DNA from: Rhynchobatus australiae
Lineage: Eukaryota
NCBI GenBank assembly: GCA_034780895.1
Contig: JAUZTB010000057.1
Coordinates: 27,731,410-27,795,409, forward strand
Direction: 5' to 3'
DNA: 64,000 bases
This document shows positions 1-12,899 of this stretch, piece by piece (within the stretch, counting starts at the first letter, position 1; each line of letters starts with the position of its first letter). The notes under the pieces were generated by a model. The model was given only the letters and a program-made list of their open reading frames with translations. It did no database searches and was not told where the DNA came from. Both the position numbers and the translations under genes were made by a program.

Positions 1-30
1 ACCATTTTAAAATTTAATTTTCTTTTGGTG

Positions 31-58
31 CAGGACCTACTGAACAGGACCTACTGAA
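31..58 (+). repeat. Perfect 14-bp tandem duplication caggacctactgaa x2
   Basis: read directly. Confidence 0.9.
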
Positions 59-153
59 GTTTTTGTTTTATTTTTTATTTACATCTTCTTTGGCGAACAC
101 TTTGGCAAACTAACAATGCCTGGTTTCCGATTCCTTGCGTTGTTCTTACACAG

Positions 154-280
154 GAGGATCATTATGCACTTCTTGTCAAAGCCTGGGAAACCAAAGTCTT
201 TCCTACAATCCGCAGACGATTCCGGAATGAAGCAGAAAGAAAATCTGGATTGGATCAGATAAAGGGTGCTCTGCAGCTTG
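154..280 (+). CDS. HECTD4: HECTD4 coding exon (first in window): EDHYALLVKAWETKVFPTIRRRFRNEAERKSGLDQIKGALQL(G)
   Basis: cag acceptor at 151-153, gtaggc donor at 281; open frame; peptide recalled as HECTD4; phase matches next exon. Confidence 0.93.
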
Positions 281-2224
281 GTAGGCTCCAGTCTAGTGCA
301 ACAATAACTTTGATACTTAGAGAAGAAATGAACTTTGAATGGTTACCCTCCAGTTTTGAAGGCAGATGTCTGAAAGCATATCGAGTTTCTTCACTGTTTC
401 TTTCATTTTCTACTGTTTGTCAGAGGCAACGTTGAAAACTGTCATTTGTATAGTTGCTTTTCCTGTAATAGTATGTAAGTTTTTCCTTTTGACAGTTGTT
501 GATTTTTTAAAGGAATGTGAATTACGGTTAGTATTGCGGAGCAGTTACATACATAATGCCTGATCACAGCTGCCAGTACATGGATTTACAGCAGAATGTG
601 AGAGAAATGGGCAACTGAGTATTGGTATGAAGAAATTGCTGAAAGTATTATTTGAATAGCATTGTAACAACTCAGAAATAGCCAAAGAACTTTGCTTGAA
701 ACTAATTATTTTGGTCTTTAGTGGCAACTTTTCACACTACACCACAAATACGTATCAAATGATCCAGTATACTCTGACGTTTTGCATAGTTGAGAAGAAT
801 CCCTTGAAATTGTGAATATAATACAACTTTATGTACAGTCCTATTAGTTTTTATATGACCTCTGGGTTTTGCTTTATACCACTTCATTCAGTTTTTGTTA
901 AGTTAGACATTACCCTATTAAAATTGAGGGGAATTGAAAGAAAATATTTGACTTTAAAATTGAGGGATTCAATTATCGAGCAATATTTTCAGGAAGATCA
1001 GGAGTCACATGTGAGGCATGTAGTGCTGGCTAGATTATTAGCAAAGAAAGGCGTGAATTTTAATAGTGGCAGCACTCTGTGTTCATTAACTTTAAGATAA
1101 CTTGAGCAGTAGCAAATAGACAAAGTCTGCCTCTTTGGCTGCAGCAATAAACAGAAGAAATCTCTATCAATTATATTTGTTAAAATTTGAAGGTCACAAC
1201 AAAAGCTTGTATTTATATAATATTTTTAATGTAGTAAAAGGTCTCAAAATGCATCACAGAATCACCAATTGAATTTATTACTCAGTCACATAGGGTGATA
1301 TTTGATGACAGTTTTAAAGGGGCTTCTTGAAGAAGATGAAAGAGAGGGGTTTAGGGAAGGTATTTCTGAGAAGCAAGCAATATAATTGCGAAATCAGTTT
1401 ATTCTAACAATTGCTGCTAAAACCTTAGTAAACCCAGTAAAGTCCAAGCAAGCTCATGGCTAATAATGGAAATTCAGAGATAAACCAGATCGTCACTGGA
1501 TTGGTTCCTTCCACTTAAATTCTGTTCCTCATAAAATAAAGTTCATTGCTTGAGTTCATCTCAAATGGAAGCACTGTAAGAAACTTTTTAGTGGAGGCAT
1601 TAGAGAGCTACCTGATTTAAAAACACAAGATGTTTGAAATACCATGCAGGGCAGGTCAGATTGCATGTGAGAAAAGAAACAGTTAACATTTTAAATCAAT
1701 AAAATTTCATCAGAACCACGTCACTGGAGTTGAGAATTACTTGGATGCTCATTTAGTCTTCTCAGTAGCCCTGAAGATTGTTCATTTATTTATTTATATA
1801 CATAGTATTCACTTTCTAGAAAAGCCTATCCGAGATTGTTTCTGTCTTAGATGCCAAATTATGATATTCTTTCAGCCTGTGATGTCATAGACTTCATAAC
1901 TTGATCAGAGAATGGAATCCACAGCTTGGACAGTGTGATAGTGGAAGTAATACCTAAATATGAAATTGTATCAACCTAGTGGTTTTTATCAGCATAGCAT
2001 TTTGGTAAATCTTTGTTTTGGACAGGTAGAGGGGGGAAGGTTTAAGACCAAGGCTTTTTCTACAAGGCAGGATATATTTTTAAATTTTCCTATTCCCCCA
2101 ACAAACCAAACGAGCTAATCTACACTTGCCTTGACACTCCTGTATATGTGTAATTTTAATGTCTTAATTGTTCAAGTACAATTATTAAATTATAATCTTG
2201 AAATCAATAACTGGTTTTAAATAG

Positions 2225-2362
2225 GTATGGTAGATATTGCTCGCCAGACTGTGGAGTTCCTGTATGAAGAAAATGGTGGCATTCCCAGAGATCTCTACCT
2301 CCCAACCATTGAGGATATTAAAGATGAAGCCAATAAGTTCACTATGAACAAAGTTCGCAAAG
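2225..2362 (+). CDS. HECTD4: HECTD4 exon: (G)MVDIARQTVEFLYEENGGIPRDLYLPTIEDIKDEANKFTMNKVRK(G)
   Basis: atag acceptor, gtagtt donor, 138 nt, phase 1-1. Confidence 0.93.
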
Positions 2363-2659
2363 GTAGTTCTATTCAAATAGATTTTTGTTTGTTAAATTGT
2401 AATTAAAAGTAAAGAATTTACTCCTAAAGTAGGTTCTGTTCTCAGTCTCTTTTGGCTTTTTTGCCTTTTATAATGTTGTTTTCATGAAACACCTGGAAAC
2501 CTGTTTCATCAAGCTNNNNNNNNNNNNNNNNNNNNNNNNNNNNNNNNNNNNNNNNNNNNNNNNNNNNNNNNNNNNNNNNNNNNNNNNNNNNNNNNNNNNN
2601 NNNNNNNNNNNNNNNGTTTCATCAAGCTGAATTACTTCTGTCACTTAGTTATTTATTCA

Positions 2660-3690
2660 CTCATTCATGTTTTGCAATCTGAATGTCAGTGGCAAAGCCA
2701 GCTTTTATTGACCTCAAGGTGAGCTGCCGTTTTGAACAACTACAGTCCTTCTACTGAAAGTATATCCCCAATGTGTAGGGAAAGAAGTTCTATGATTTAG
2801 ACCCAGCAACAATGAAAGAATGGTCATTTAACTTTCAAGTCAGGATGGTTGGCAACTGGGGGAAATATACAGGTGATGGTGTTTCCCAGTGCCTGCTGCC
2901 CTGTCCTCCTCAGTACTGCAATGCGTTTTGTAGATGGTGCACATTGTGTGCCAGTGGTGGAAACAATGAACGTTTAAGATGCTATACAGGGTACCAATCA
3001 AGTGGCCTGCTTTGTCCTGGATGACACTGAACTTCTGAAGTGTTTTCAGAGCTCAACTTATCCAGACAGGTGGATACATCATACTCTCGACTGTACCTTG
3101 GATTTGATGGATAGCCTTTGGGCTGTCATGAGAAGAGTCACTCATCACAGGACACCCAACCTCTTTCTAGTCACGATATCCATGTGGCTGATCGAACTGA
3201 TTTTCTCATCAGTGGCGTCCCTCAGAATATTGATAGTGGGGAACTAGGCAATGGTAATGATGTTGAATGTCAAGGACAGGTAGTTGAACTCTCTTTTTGG
3301 AGATGGCTGTTGCCTAGCATTTTTGTGGCACAAACATTACTTGCCATTTGGTACTTCATATTTGAATATTGTTTGGGTCTTTCTCCATGCAGGCTTGGAT
3401 TGCTTCACTTACTGAGCAGTTGAATGTTGTGCAATTATCAGCTAACATAACCACTTCTGACAATACAAGGAAGGTCATTGATGAAGCTCCTGAAAATGGT
3501 TGGTGCTGCCCTGAGGAACTCCTGCGGTGAAGTGCTGGGGTTGGGTTGCTGACATTCAATAACCATGATCACCTTCCTTTGAGATATGACTCTAAATATT
3601 AGAATGTTATCTCCTTGATACCCATTATCTTAACTTTACTAGAAGTACTTGATGCTACATTCAGTCAAATACTACCAAACTGAACATCAC
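2660..3690 (-). mobile_element. Degenerate LINE 3' region (CR1-like family common in elasmobranchs)
   Basis: same family as 23605-24400 (shared ggagatgg..ttg.ctggcact.., atgactc.aa.cattgga blocks); no intact ORF. Confidence 0.65.
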
Positions 3691-4002
3691 AGAGCAGCTT
3701 ATTGGTAGTTACTGCGTGATAGTACTGTCAGAAGCAACAATGGCTGTCTTGGTGCATTTAAAGATGTATAGGGGGTTAAGGTAAATTGCTGTTCTCAGCC
3801 AGAAATGTTCGGTCCATCATAGGGATTCTGAGCATCAACAGCCCAGAATAATACTTTTACTATTTGTTTTTAATCCTTTATCTTGTGTTGGGTAATTTGG
3901 TTCCAGATGCCATTGTATTTTATATAAATCTGAAGTTTTTAGGTGGACGAGTGGATTTGTACTGGTGTCATTAAAACAGTGGTATGTTCTGTCCCACTAC
4001 AG

Positions 4003-4139
4003 GCCTGACGGTGGTGATCCGGTATCCGGACAGTAATAATCTCAACAGCAGTACTGGTGGCACTGCTTTACCAAAGTTTGCTATCAGAGGAATGATGAAA
4101 ACTTTTGGTTTGAATGGAGTTGTTCTTGATGTTGATACG
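4003..4139 (+). CDS. HECTD4: HECTD4 exon: (G)LTVVIRYPDSNNLNSSTGGTALPKFAIRGMMKTFGLNGVVLDVDT
   Basis: ctacag acceptor, gtaggt donor; within ORF 3984..4190. Confidence 0.93.
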
Positions 4140-5017
4140 GTAGGTTTAAAAACAGAAAACCAGTTTAAATTTGATCCCTTGAGCTTGTGAATAGGTTTCC
4201 TAGCCTATTAAATACAACGGCATGCAGACAAGGTGTTGCATCTTGAGGTGGGAGTTCTAACTGGGAGTCCTGTCCTGCAGCAGATATTTTTGTAACTGAA
4301 ATGGCAACAAACACGACTTACTACCACAATTTCCTACGTGAAGATGCGTGCTGCTCAGGAAAAGAAGGAAATGAAATAAGAGGTGTCTTAGTCGTGCAGA
4401 GGTCAGAAAGTCCTGTATATAGTCGCACACAAACACTTGCTTTCCCTGTAATGTGTTTCTTCTTTACCTGAACTAACAGGCATGACAGAAATGAAAGTGA
4501 GCAAACTGAAATAAATGCGAGATTTTAATATTGTGGTTACCTGTTCCTGCTACCAACGTGTTTAGGAACAACACCAGTATTATCTAGTAGTAGAAAGTAA
4601 GCATTTAAAACTCATTCTTCACAACAGAATTTGGAATTGTCCCTTTTTCCCATTTTTAAGAAAGTTGAAGACTGAGCAATACTAATATGGACCAGCTAAG
4701 AGAAGCCTAAAAAGGTTTTGTTGTTCCTGCTACCAATTTCATTGAAGCAGTGATTAGGATACTTTAATACATTATTTAGTCCAGCCTATTTATTTTATAT
4801 TTCTTCAAAATGGTCAACTTAAATTAGTGAAGAAAATGGAAAACCAGATCACATTTGTTCTACAATATATCTTGCAGCTTTGTTCTACAATAAGGAATAT
4901 CTTGGAACTTTGTTCAAAAGCAAACTGGTTGCTTTCATTCCCTTTTACATAAAAAGAAATACCACTCGTTTTCTTACCATTGCAAAATGTATTCTCCATT
5001 CACTTTTCTCAATTTAG

Positions 5018-5178
5018 GCGAATGAATTGGTTCAGGTGGAGACATATTTGCGAAGTGAAGGTGTGCTCGTTCGTTATTGGTATCCAATTGACATGCTGGA
5101 GCGCCCTCCCACAGGATACAGACGCACAGCCGCTTATGGACTGGTTACTCTGGATAACACAAACATCCAAATTCACAG
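5018..5178 (+). CDS. HECTD4: HECTD4 exon: ANELVQVETYLRSEGVLVRYWYPIDMLERPPTGYRRTAAYGLVTLDNTNIQIH(R); ends at a GC donor
   Basis: tttag acceptor; CAG|GCAAGC donor gives the in-frame join IHR-ELLRCE with the exon at 7671. Confidence 0.9.
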
Positions 5179-6004
5179 GCAAGCTGTTCCAATTAAAGTG
5201 TCAGTCTTTGAAATCTGTAGCGGAATTTAAGGAATTGAAACCAGTGTCTCCCAGCTGTGATCAGAGATTATTTCACACCTTGAGCACCTTTGCCCACTAG
5301 TTACCTTCTAAATCTCTAGTTAAACTAAGTTAATGATTCCATTAAAGATGAATACTTCTAGGTCAGATTGATATTTGGTACTCCAGCGTAAATTTGATAT
5401 TTTGTCAGTGTTTAATTCCACAATAAATATTGATCAATTTTAAAACCCATTAAGTAGCCACTTGTTAAAGTTTGGAGTTGCTTTTAATCAAACAACAAGA
5501 CTACAGTTCTGTTCCTATCATTAACATTGGCTTCAGGTTCACAACATAACTTCCCCTGACTGATGCCCACTCCCCACCCCATCGTGTAATTACAGCTGTA
5601 GCATCGTTGCTGCAAAAACAATATATTCTGCTTTTACTTAATCCAGAACTTTTAGTTTGAAAAAAGTAAATAGAACTTTAATTGCAGCATTAAGTACTAC
5701 ATATAATAAGAGCAAAGCTGAAAATAGGCAGTATCTCTGGAGAAAGAAAAATGGTTAACAANNNNNNNNNNNNNNNNNNNNNNNNNNNNNNNNNNNNNNN
5801 NNNNNNNNNNNNNNNNNNNNNNNNNNNNNNNNNNNNNNNNNNNNNNNNNNNNNNNNNNNNNGGGAGGTGGGGCCTTTGACACGGTGAGTTTTCAGACATG
5901 TGGCAGGGTTCCATACTCCCCGGCTGCCCCATTTCACCCGGGGTCTGTTGGCCTCTTCTCCCAGTCCGTCTGTCTCCCTGGGCTGTGTGTTCGTTCCTCC
6001 CGCC

Positions 6005-6257
6005 CCCCCCTCTCTCTCTTCCTCCTTCCCACTCTCTCTCCCTCTCCCTCCCATTCTCTCTCTCCCTCTCTACCCTCCCTCCTCCCTCTCCCCCTCTCTC
6101 AACCTCTCTCCCACTCTCTCCTCCTCTCTATTCCTCTCCCTCCCTCTCTATCTCCCTCTCCCTCCCACTCTCGTTCTCTCCCTCTGCCCACCTCTCTCTC
6201 TCGGCCTCTCCCTCTCCTGTCTTTCCATCTCTGTTTCAGTCCCCTCTCTCTGTATCT

Positions 6258-6289
<32 letters not shown>

Positions 6290-6330
6290 ACTTTTCTCTC
6301 TGTACCCTTGTCTGTCTCCCTCCCTCTTTT
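6005..6330 (+). repeat. Imperfect (CT)n / polypyrimidine tract, ~325 bp
   Basis: almost pure C/T run; explains the spurious S/L/P-rich ORFs at 5884-6464. Confidence 0.95.
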
Positions 6331-7670
6331 TAAATGGATTTGTAGATCAAAATAGTGAGAGAACTTTTTTTATGTTGAGCTGTTGTAAAGAAACGGGATT
6401 TGTTGCAAAGGAATTAGTCCAGGTACTTGGTTCTCTAAAGTGGAAAAACTCAGTGGTGCTGTAGCAAAATGCTTTTTGGTTTTAGACTATTTTCACACTT
6501 CTCATCCTTTTCTGAACTTACTGTAAAGACTCTGAGAAACTTTTAGTTCTTTCCCTCTGCTCATTAATGTGGTCCTTGACAGGGTACGTCAGCAGCTTTT
6601 ATGACTAAGTATCTATTTTCAATGCATGCAGTTGAGATACCCAAATGATAATCAGGAGGGAAGACCCCACCACATTTTATTTTTATTCCTCCTCCCTAAC
6701 TAAGTGCTGCTAAGTTAATATTCCCTGTTGTTACTCTGGCGGCTCAACCAATGCACACAATGTGAAGGTTGATTGCACTCCTCTGCTCAGCTTGGATCAA
6801 GTGTTAAGTGCCAAAGCCACTCAACTTTGGGTTAGGTTGATACAGTTAAAATTTGTAGTAAGAGTTATCTTTACAAGTCATGACAGAACATGAGCATCAT
6901 TTTTTCTATTGACCATTAACCTTGCAGTAAACGTCAACATTGGTAATAACATGATGATTACTTGAAGTTGACATGCTTGTTTGTTTGCTTATTGGTATCT
7001 TTCTTGCTCGCTGTAAGGCTCCAAAGTGTGAGAATGGAAACTGCTGGGTTGATAACTTGTTGAAATTGTCCAAGTAAACATGAATAAACTCCAGTACTTG
7101 AAATGTAGCCACGTAAGTTGGCACCACAAAAATAATTTTAAATGTTTAGATTTTTTTTGTTCACTTTAAGCAGTTGTTTTTTTAAAAGAATATTGCTTCT
7201 AAAATAACCATACACATGCCCTCATCCTCAGTGATGATTATGAATTTCATATTCAATTGAGTATGAATTTCAAAGCATAAGCTTAAGACTGTTTTTGACT
7301 TTGTCTTATTTTTTCATCTCTTTTCCATACACTATCCCTTCCGCTCCAACCCCCATCACATCACCCATCTATCCCAGTATACTAATACAGCTGTTCACGC
7401 TTGGTTCAATGAATCCACTAAGCAAAATGGGGGTTGAGAAAGGAATGCTGAAAAAGTACCAGATATACTGTATCTCCGTGTTTCTATCTCTAAGCGGTGT
7501 GACTAATATAAAAAGGACTGTGCAGTGCAAGCTTCTCTCTCTCCCAACTAGTTGGTAATTGTGGAAGAAGCAGTGCAATTTATTTAATAATTAGGCTATT
7601 ATAAGACCACATACATGCTTGGTTCCCAATTTTCCTTTTTCCAATTTTCTTCTTGCACTATTGTTTACAG

Positions 7671-7852
7671 AGAGTTGCTGCGCTGTGAAGCTTCTTTGGC
7701 TAGACTGTACTGTCGTATGGCTTTGCTCAACATATTTGCTCCCAAGTCTCCACATACTTTCACTCGGCTATTCCACATCCCTGCTGTACGAGACATAACA
7801 CTGGAGCATCTTCAGCTTTTGTCCAATCAACTTCTTGCCCCACCACTATCAG
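7671..7852 (+). CDS. HECTD4: HECTD4 exon: ELLRCEASLARLYCRMALLNIFAPKSPHTFTRLFHIPAVRDITLEHLQLLSNQLLAPPLS
   Basis: pyrimidine tract + ttacag acceptor, gttggt donor; ORF 7615..7863. Confidence 0.93.
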
Positions 7853-8349
7853 GTTGGTGTTAACAAATTGATGTAAAGTTGAAAAATAAAATGTTATCAA
7901 GTGGTTCTGAAATAATTGCATCCAGATGTGCAGCATCAGTTTTCCAGTTATAGCGAATTAGGAAGCAAACAACCTTGAATTTAGTTCNNNNNNNNNNNNN
8001 NNNNNNNNNNNNNNNNNNNNNNNNNNNNNNNNNNNNNNNNNNNNNNNNNNNNNNNNNNNNNNNNNNNNNNNNNNNNNNNNNNNNNNNNNNNNNNNNNNNN
8101 NNNNNNNNNNNNNNNNNNNNNNNNNNNNNNNNNNNNNNNNNNNNNNNNNNNNNNNNNNNNNNNNNNNNNNNNNNNNNNNNNNNNNNNNNNNNNNNNNNNN
8201 NNNNNNNNNNNNNNNNNNNNNNNNNNNNNNNNNNNNNNNNNNNNNNNNNNNNNNNNNNNNNNNNNNNNNNNNNNNNNNNNNNNNNNNNNNNNNNNNNNNN
8301 NNNNNNNNNNNNNNNNNNNNNNNNNNNNNNNNNNNNNNNNNNNNNNNNN

Positions 8350-8548
8350 CCAGTGATCGGGGTTCGATTCCCATTGCTGTCTGTAAGGAGTTTGTATGTT
8401 CTTCCGTGTCTGCGTGGGTTTCCTCCGGGTGCTCCAGCTTCCTCCCACATTCGAAAGACGTACGGGTAGGTTAATTTGGGGTTTCAAAGGGGCGGCACGG
8501 ACTCGTTGGGCCGGAAGGGGCTGTTACCATGCTGTAAATAAAATTAAA
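8350..8548 (+). mobile_element. tRNA-derived V-SINE (5' end lost in gap)
   Basis: B-box GGTTCGATTCC followed by the V-domain gtgggtttcctccgggtgctccagcttcctcccaca; A-rich tail. Confidence 0.85.
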
Positions 8549-8936
8549 AGAAGGGTTCTACCCAATTTCATGCCCTACCAATTACAAATATTTGCAGAAC
8601 ATCTTATTCTGTATATGATATATAGTGGGACAACAGCTCATCTTTGGAAAGCACTTATGTCCCAGCAATGTATTGGAGTTGTCTGACTACAGATTTACTT
8701 GTAATCACACATGAACTTGCACCCCTTGTTCACAAATCATATCTGCCCCTGGAATATAGCACCGAGAAAATCTGATGGACTAACGCTGGCTNNNNNNNNN
8801 NCAAGCCAGCTGTTGGTCTGTTGTGATTGGTTGGTATGTCTGCCTTGAGGAGTGAACAGGACTGGCTTTGTTCTCAAAGGAGAGTTCAGTGAAATGATTT
8901 TAGGAATTTAATGTATGTCCTTTACTTCTTCTGCAG

Positions 8937-9142
8937 ATGGGACAATCAGCTCTGATTCAATTCTTCTGGCTCAGTCCCTCCAGCATTGTAACCAGGGTCA
9001 GAACTGCTCTCCCACTGATCTCTTCTACCAGGGCAATTCCAGTTCCATCAGGGAATGGCTTACTGTTGCTATAACACGAGCCCTACACCAGGGTGAAGAG
9101 AGTTTGCTGGATTTAACAAAACAGATCTGCTCTTTCCTGCAG
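8937..9142 (+). CDS. HECTD4: HECTD4 exon: (D)GTISSDSILLAQSLQHC...LLDLTKQICSFLQ
   Basis: ctgcag acceptor, gtacag donor; ORF 8915..9157; phase consistent. Confidence 0.93.
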
Positions 9143-10994
9143 GTACAGCTCTTGTAAAACGTGTTGGCCAGATAGAAAGTCACATCTTTTATTCGTATAC
9201 TTTTATCCTCTCACTTGCCAGTGATTTTAAGATGTTCCTATAAATTGCTGCTTTTTTATTTTTTATGTATGGAGAAGTTTAGTTGGAACCAAAAGCTTTT
9301 GTGCAAAACACCTTCGCAATTGAAAGGAAAAATGAACACTGAAAATAATGTAAGAAACAAAAATGGAGGAAGGATTGCAGTTGTTTTGAAATATTGAGAA
9401 ATAATGAGGAATAAAATAATGGTACAAAGAATTATTGCAGCACGACAATGATGAGACTTTCTTAAAGTTCAATCATTGGAATTGCAAATTATCACTCATA
9501 GTAACAGCCTTTAACTACTGAAAAAATCTGTGAGAGATGTTAAGAGTTTTATGCAGCATTACCTCTTGTAGGTTCTCAGGATAGAATTTTGAAAATACAT
9601 AGTTGATCATTTAAACCTATAAAGTAATCAGCCTGACTTATTTTGAGTCTGGACCCAGCTTCAGATCTTGATTTCTGCCTGCTGTTAGCCCGAAGAAACA
9701 AACTGAGAATTTTGCTGAGACAGAAGTAGCAGCTATAAATACAGAGTTTACTTGGTGGCAAATTTCAATGAGCTGAGAATAAGAATGACTCTCAGCCAGA
9801 CAGCTTTATTACTGGATGTTCTTAGATCCCCATCCAATCATTAGGGATTGTAAAATGAAAGAAAAAAAATCTTAATTATTATATTTAAAATGACGTTTGG
9901 CAGACCTAATCTTAATAGAAGCAGCAACATTGTAAGTTGCCTGATCACTTGTCTGGCTGAGGTACACTTCAAGAAGGGAAGTATAAATGCATGAAATCCC
10001 AATATATTTGTTTTGAAGAATGAAGAATTGAAATGGATCTCTGAATTGAAATTTTAGCTGCACTTGGCTTCTTGGAGGAAATGTGTTAATCCAGTTTGCT
10101 GAACAGTGAGTCATGGCCAACTCGTTTGCTTGTGGAAAAAGAAAATCAACGGTTAACCGGTGTGACTGGCAATACTTTGAGGTCGCCGGCTAGGTGTTTA
10201 TATAGTCCTGGAATAGTACCCGTAGGGAAGTTAATTCCTTTTGTAAGTCTTCAGACTTTTAATAAAATCCTATTTCGTAACTGCTATATTCTCTGAAGTA
10301 AATTAGAAATTTGTCTTTTACCTTGTGTGCATAACTAATTTTTGGAAGACAAGCTATTTCTTTTATAGTCCTTGGGTGTGACCAGCCATAGTTAAGCTTT
10401 TGGACATCTTGTAGGGTCTTGACTTCTTTTATTCCCTCATTTGTTCCTTTCTTAGATAATGGAAATAGCTTGCAGAGTTTTTTTTCACCTGTTGCAGACA
10501 ATAGAGTTCATAAACCAGTTTGTAAGCTTCAAATTCTGGCAAGCTCTTACATGTTTAGTCAACCTAGTTATGGAACTTCTTTGTTTTAAAACTGCAATCG
10601 GTTTAAAAAAAATGCACATTACCATTTTAATGTCCACTACCTTTGCAGAAAAAATCCATAACTCTACATTTATGTAATGAAGGTGTGATACTTTTAAGAC
10701 TTCAATACTGTTTGGGTTCACTGTAATATAGCAGAGCCAAATTGCACGCCCCAATCACAACCAAGTCCACAATCTATATTTATTGCTAGATATTTATTGA
10801 GTCCATTATTCATTCCATTTTGCACCAAACCTAAAACAAATCATGATATCCTGTTACAATGCTGCCTGATATAAAAGAATTTCTAGCAATAGACAAGCAG
10901 ACATAATCAATACCTCATTCTGAAGCTACACAGTACAGCAAATTCTTAAGTTTATGAAATTTTGTGGGAGAACCAACAACTGATTCATCCCTAC

Positions 10995-11345
10995 AAAATG
11001 CTGCAGATACTGGACATTGGGAATTTACACAGAAAGATTGGAAAATATCAGGCATTAAGAGATGTAACAAGTACTTTTGAGAGAAAAAAGTGAGGGTAGG
11101 AAAGAACAAAAAGGAAGATATTAAATGATATAAAGGATGGGTCAAAACAGATACATGTGATAGGAGGGAAAGGAATGAAAGCTGACTCTGGAAATGATGT
11201 AACAGCAGTATCATTAATCACATTTGACCCCTACCACTCCCAATGAAAGGGAGTAATGGTCATGATCTGAAATTGCTGAATTTGATCTTATGCAGAAAGC
11301 TGTTCAAAAGGTGGGGGGGCTGTTTCTTGAAGTTCTGCTGAGCTT
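10995..11345 (-). mobile_element. Penelope-like terminal fragment; similar short relics near 1620, 23200, 31130, 34000-34170, 34560, 37440, 47570-47930, 48300, 55470
   Basis: recurring aaatgctg(c/g)a.atact...cagca / tgctgcctgacctgctgag..tttccagcatt motif shared with the 28.5 kb copy. Confidence 0.55.
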
Positions 11346-11651
11346 CAATGAAGAAGGATGAGGATAGCCCATTTCATTTTTCATTTAATTCACTTTCTCA
11401 GTTTGTTTTTGGTAAGTATTTTTTCATAGATTTGAAATGAATAAAAATCCACAAAGTATGAATCATATTCTGTACTGCTTAATTTTCTATTTGTGATTAA
11501 ATTAATTCAATATTCTGGTGTGAATGTAGTCACTTTATGTTGCTGTAATTTGTGGTTTAAAGACATTTAAAGCTCCACTTTACTGAAATTTCAGTGAGAG
11601 CACAGATGGTTGATAAATGATCAAACTGGCGTTTATTCTGTTGCACTGCAG

Positions 11652-11782
11652 CATTCACCAGAACAGTTTCCATCTGAAGAATTTCCTGTGACTGAGTCAA
11701 AAGTGAGCATGGATGTGCATTTTCCAGGAGCGGCCTTTGTAATGGTGTCATGCAAGGAAAGTCCGGCAGGGTTTCGGAAAGA
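11652..11782 (+). CDS. HECTD4: HECTD4 exon: HSPEQFPSEEFPVTESKVSMDVHFPGAAFVMVSCKESPAGFRK(D)
   Basis: ctgcag acceptor, gtaagc donor, 131 nt phase 0-2; translated by hand. Confidence 0.92.
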
Positions 11783-12564
11783 GTAAGCATGGATTTATTC
11801 TAATGCATGGAATAGTTATGTAGGGGAATTTTTAAATATTTAATATTTTACAGTACACCACTCAATTCCTTTATCAAGGGGTGAAATTGCGCAGTTCAAG
11901 CATGTGAAATATTTTGGCTAGTCTCTAGTGGGGCAGGGAGGAAGATGGTATCAAAAGATTTTATGGCCTTGTCCGGAGTTGTTATCTAAATCAGGGTTGG
12001 ACTCCAACTCCAGAAAATGAAGAACATATTTGCATCACATTGGAACTATGTAGTCGTTAATTTTGCCACTATCTGGTTTTAAATTTAAATATTTTGTAAT
12101 TGTTGTGTAATCTCACCATCATTTTGGTGATGTCCCACCATTTCTCTGCTGCCAGGCAAACAATGTTGTTCATTTGTCACTTGCTGCCAGCAGTTTCTGT
12201 GAGATTTGACTTGTATTAAGGTAAAACTAATGAGGGATGTCACCTCAAGGCAAACCAGTGAATAACCCAAAACTGTAAAAGCCTATTGACTTTTATTGGG
12301 TGATTGAATCTGAGCTTGGCTGCAGGAAACAGCAAATTATCTTCATTTGGAATGGAAAATTCATTGGTATTTGACCCACCAACTACAAAATATTTTTGAC
12401 TGAAATTAGTTTTAGTGAGCAGTCATTTTAACATCTTGACTGAAATTTGGCTGACTGTGGAGACCTATTGTAAGAATGGGGTCTACTCCATTTGTTAAAC
12501 TTAGTAAAGTTAAGTAATACTACTGTTGGAAACCAACTTAATCACTTTTTATTCTTTTTTTTAG

Positions 12565-12770
12565 TTCCTCTTTGTATAAGGCTCCTTGGGTGAGGGTACT
12601 GGTATATGGATTGGGTCACAAAGTGCGGAAAAATGGCCAACTTAGCCTGACGGAAACGGTGTGTTATCCAAAAGATGCATCGCCCACGAACACTGGTCTC
12701 ACTCCACCCCCCACCACAAATCAGTATCCCTCTGTTGTCATCCCTACTGACAAGCTGCACGTTAAACTAG
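12565..12770 (+). CDS. HECTD4: HECTD4 exon: SSLYKAPWVRVLVYGLGHKVRKNGQ...PTDKLHVKL(G)
   Basis: poly-T + tag acceptor, gtactt donor; ORF 12572..12820. Confidence 0.93.
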
Positions 12771-12899
12771 GTACTTTTGAACAACTCTGCAAGCCTTTCA
12801 ATAGATATAAATTACTGTAAGGTTAGAATGACTTGTATTGTTTTAAATATCATTCACTCTCAAAGGAGCAATGCTGTGCTAAAGGGAGAGGTGCTGGGG

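Noticed and set aside
2503-2630. gtttcatcaagct on both sides of a 100-N gap, resembling a target-site duplication
   Set aside because: More simply overlapping contig ends across a scaffold gap
5755-6464. Long ORFs (99-188 aa) in several frames
   Set aside because: Artefacts of the CT-rich tract, which lacks stop codons
8350-8385. tRNA-like T-loop GGTTCGATTCC
   Set aside because: It is the head of a V-SINE; no full cloverleaf
7860-8487. ORFs spanning N runs (also at 22, 25.5, 37.1, 41.1, 50.7 and 54.3 kb)
   Set aside because: Their length comes from undetermined bases
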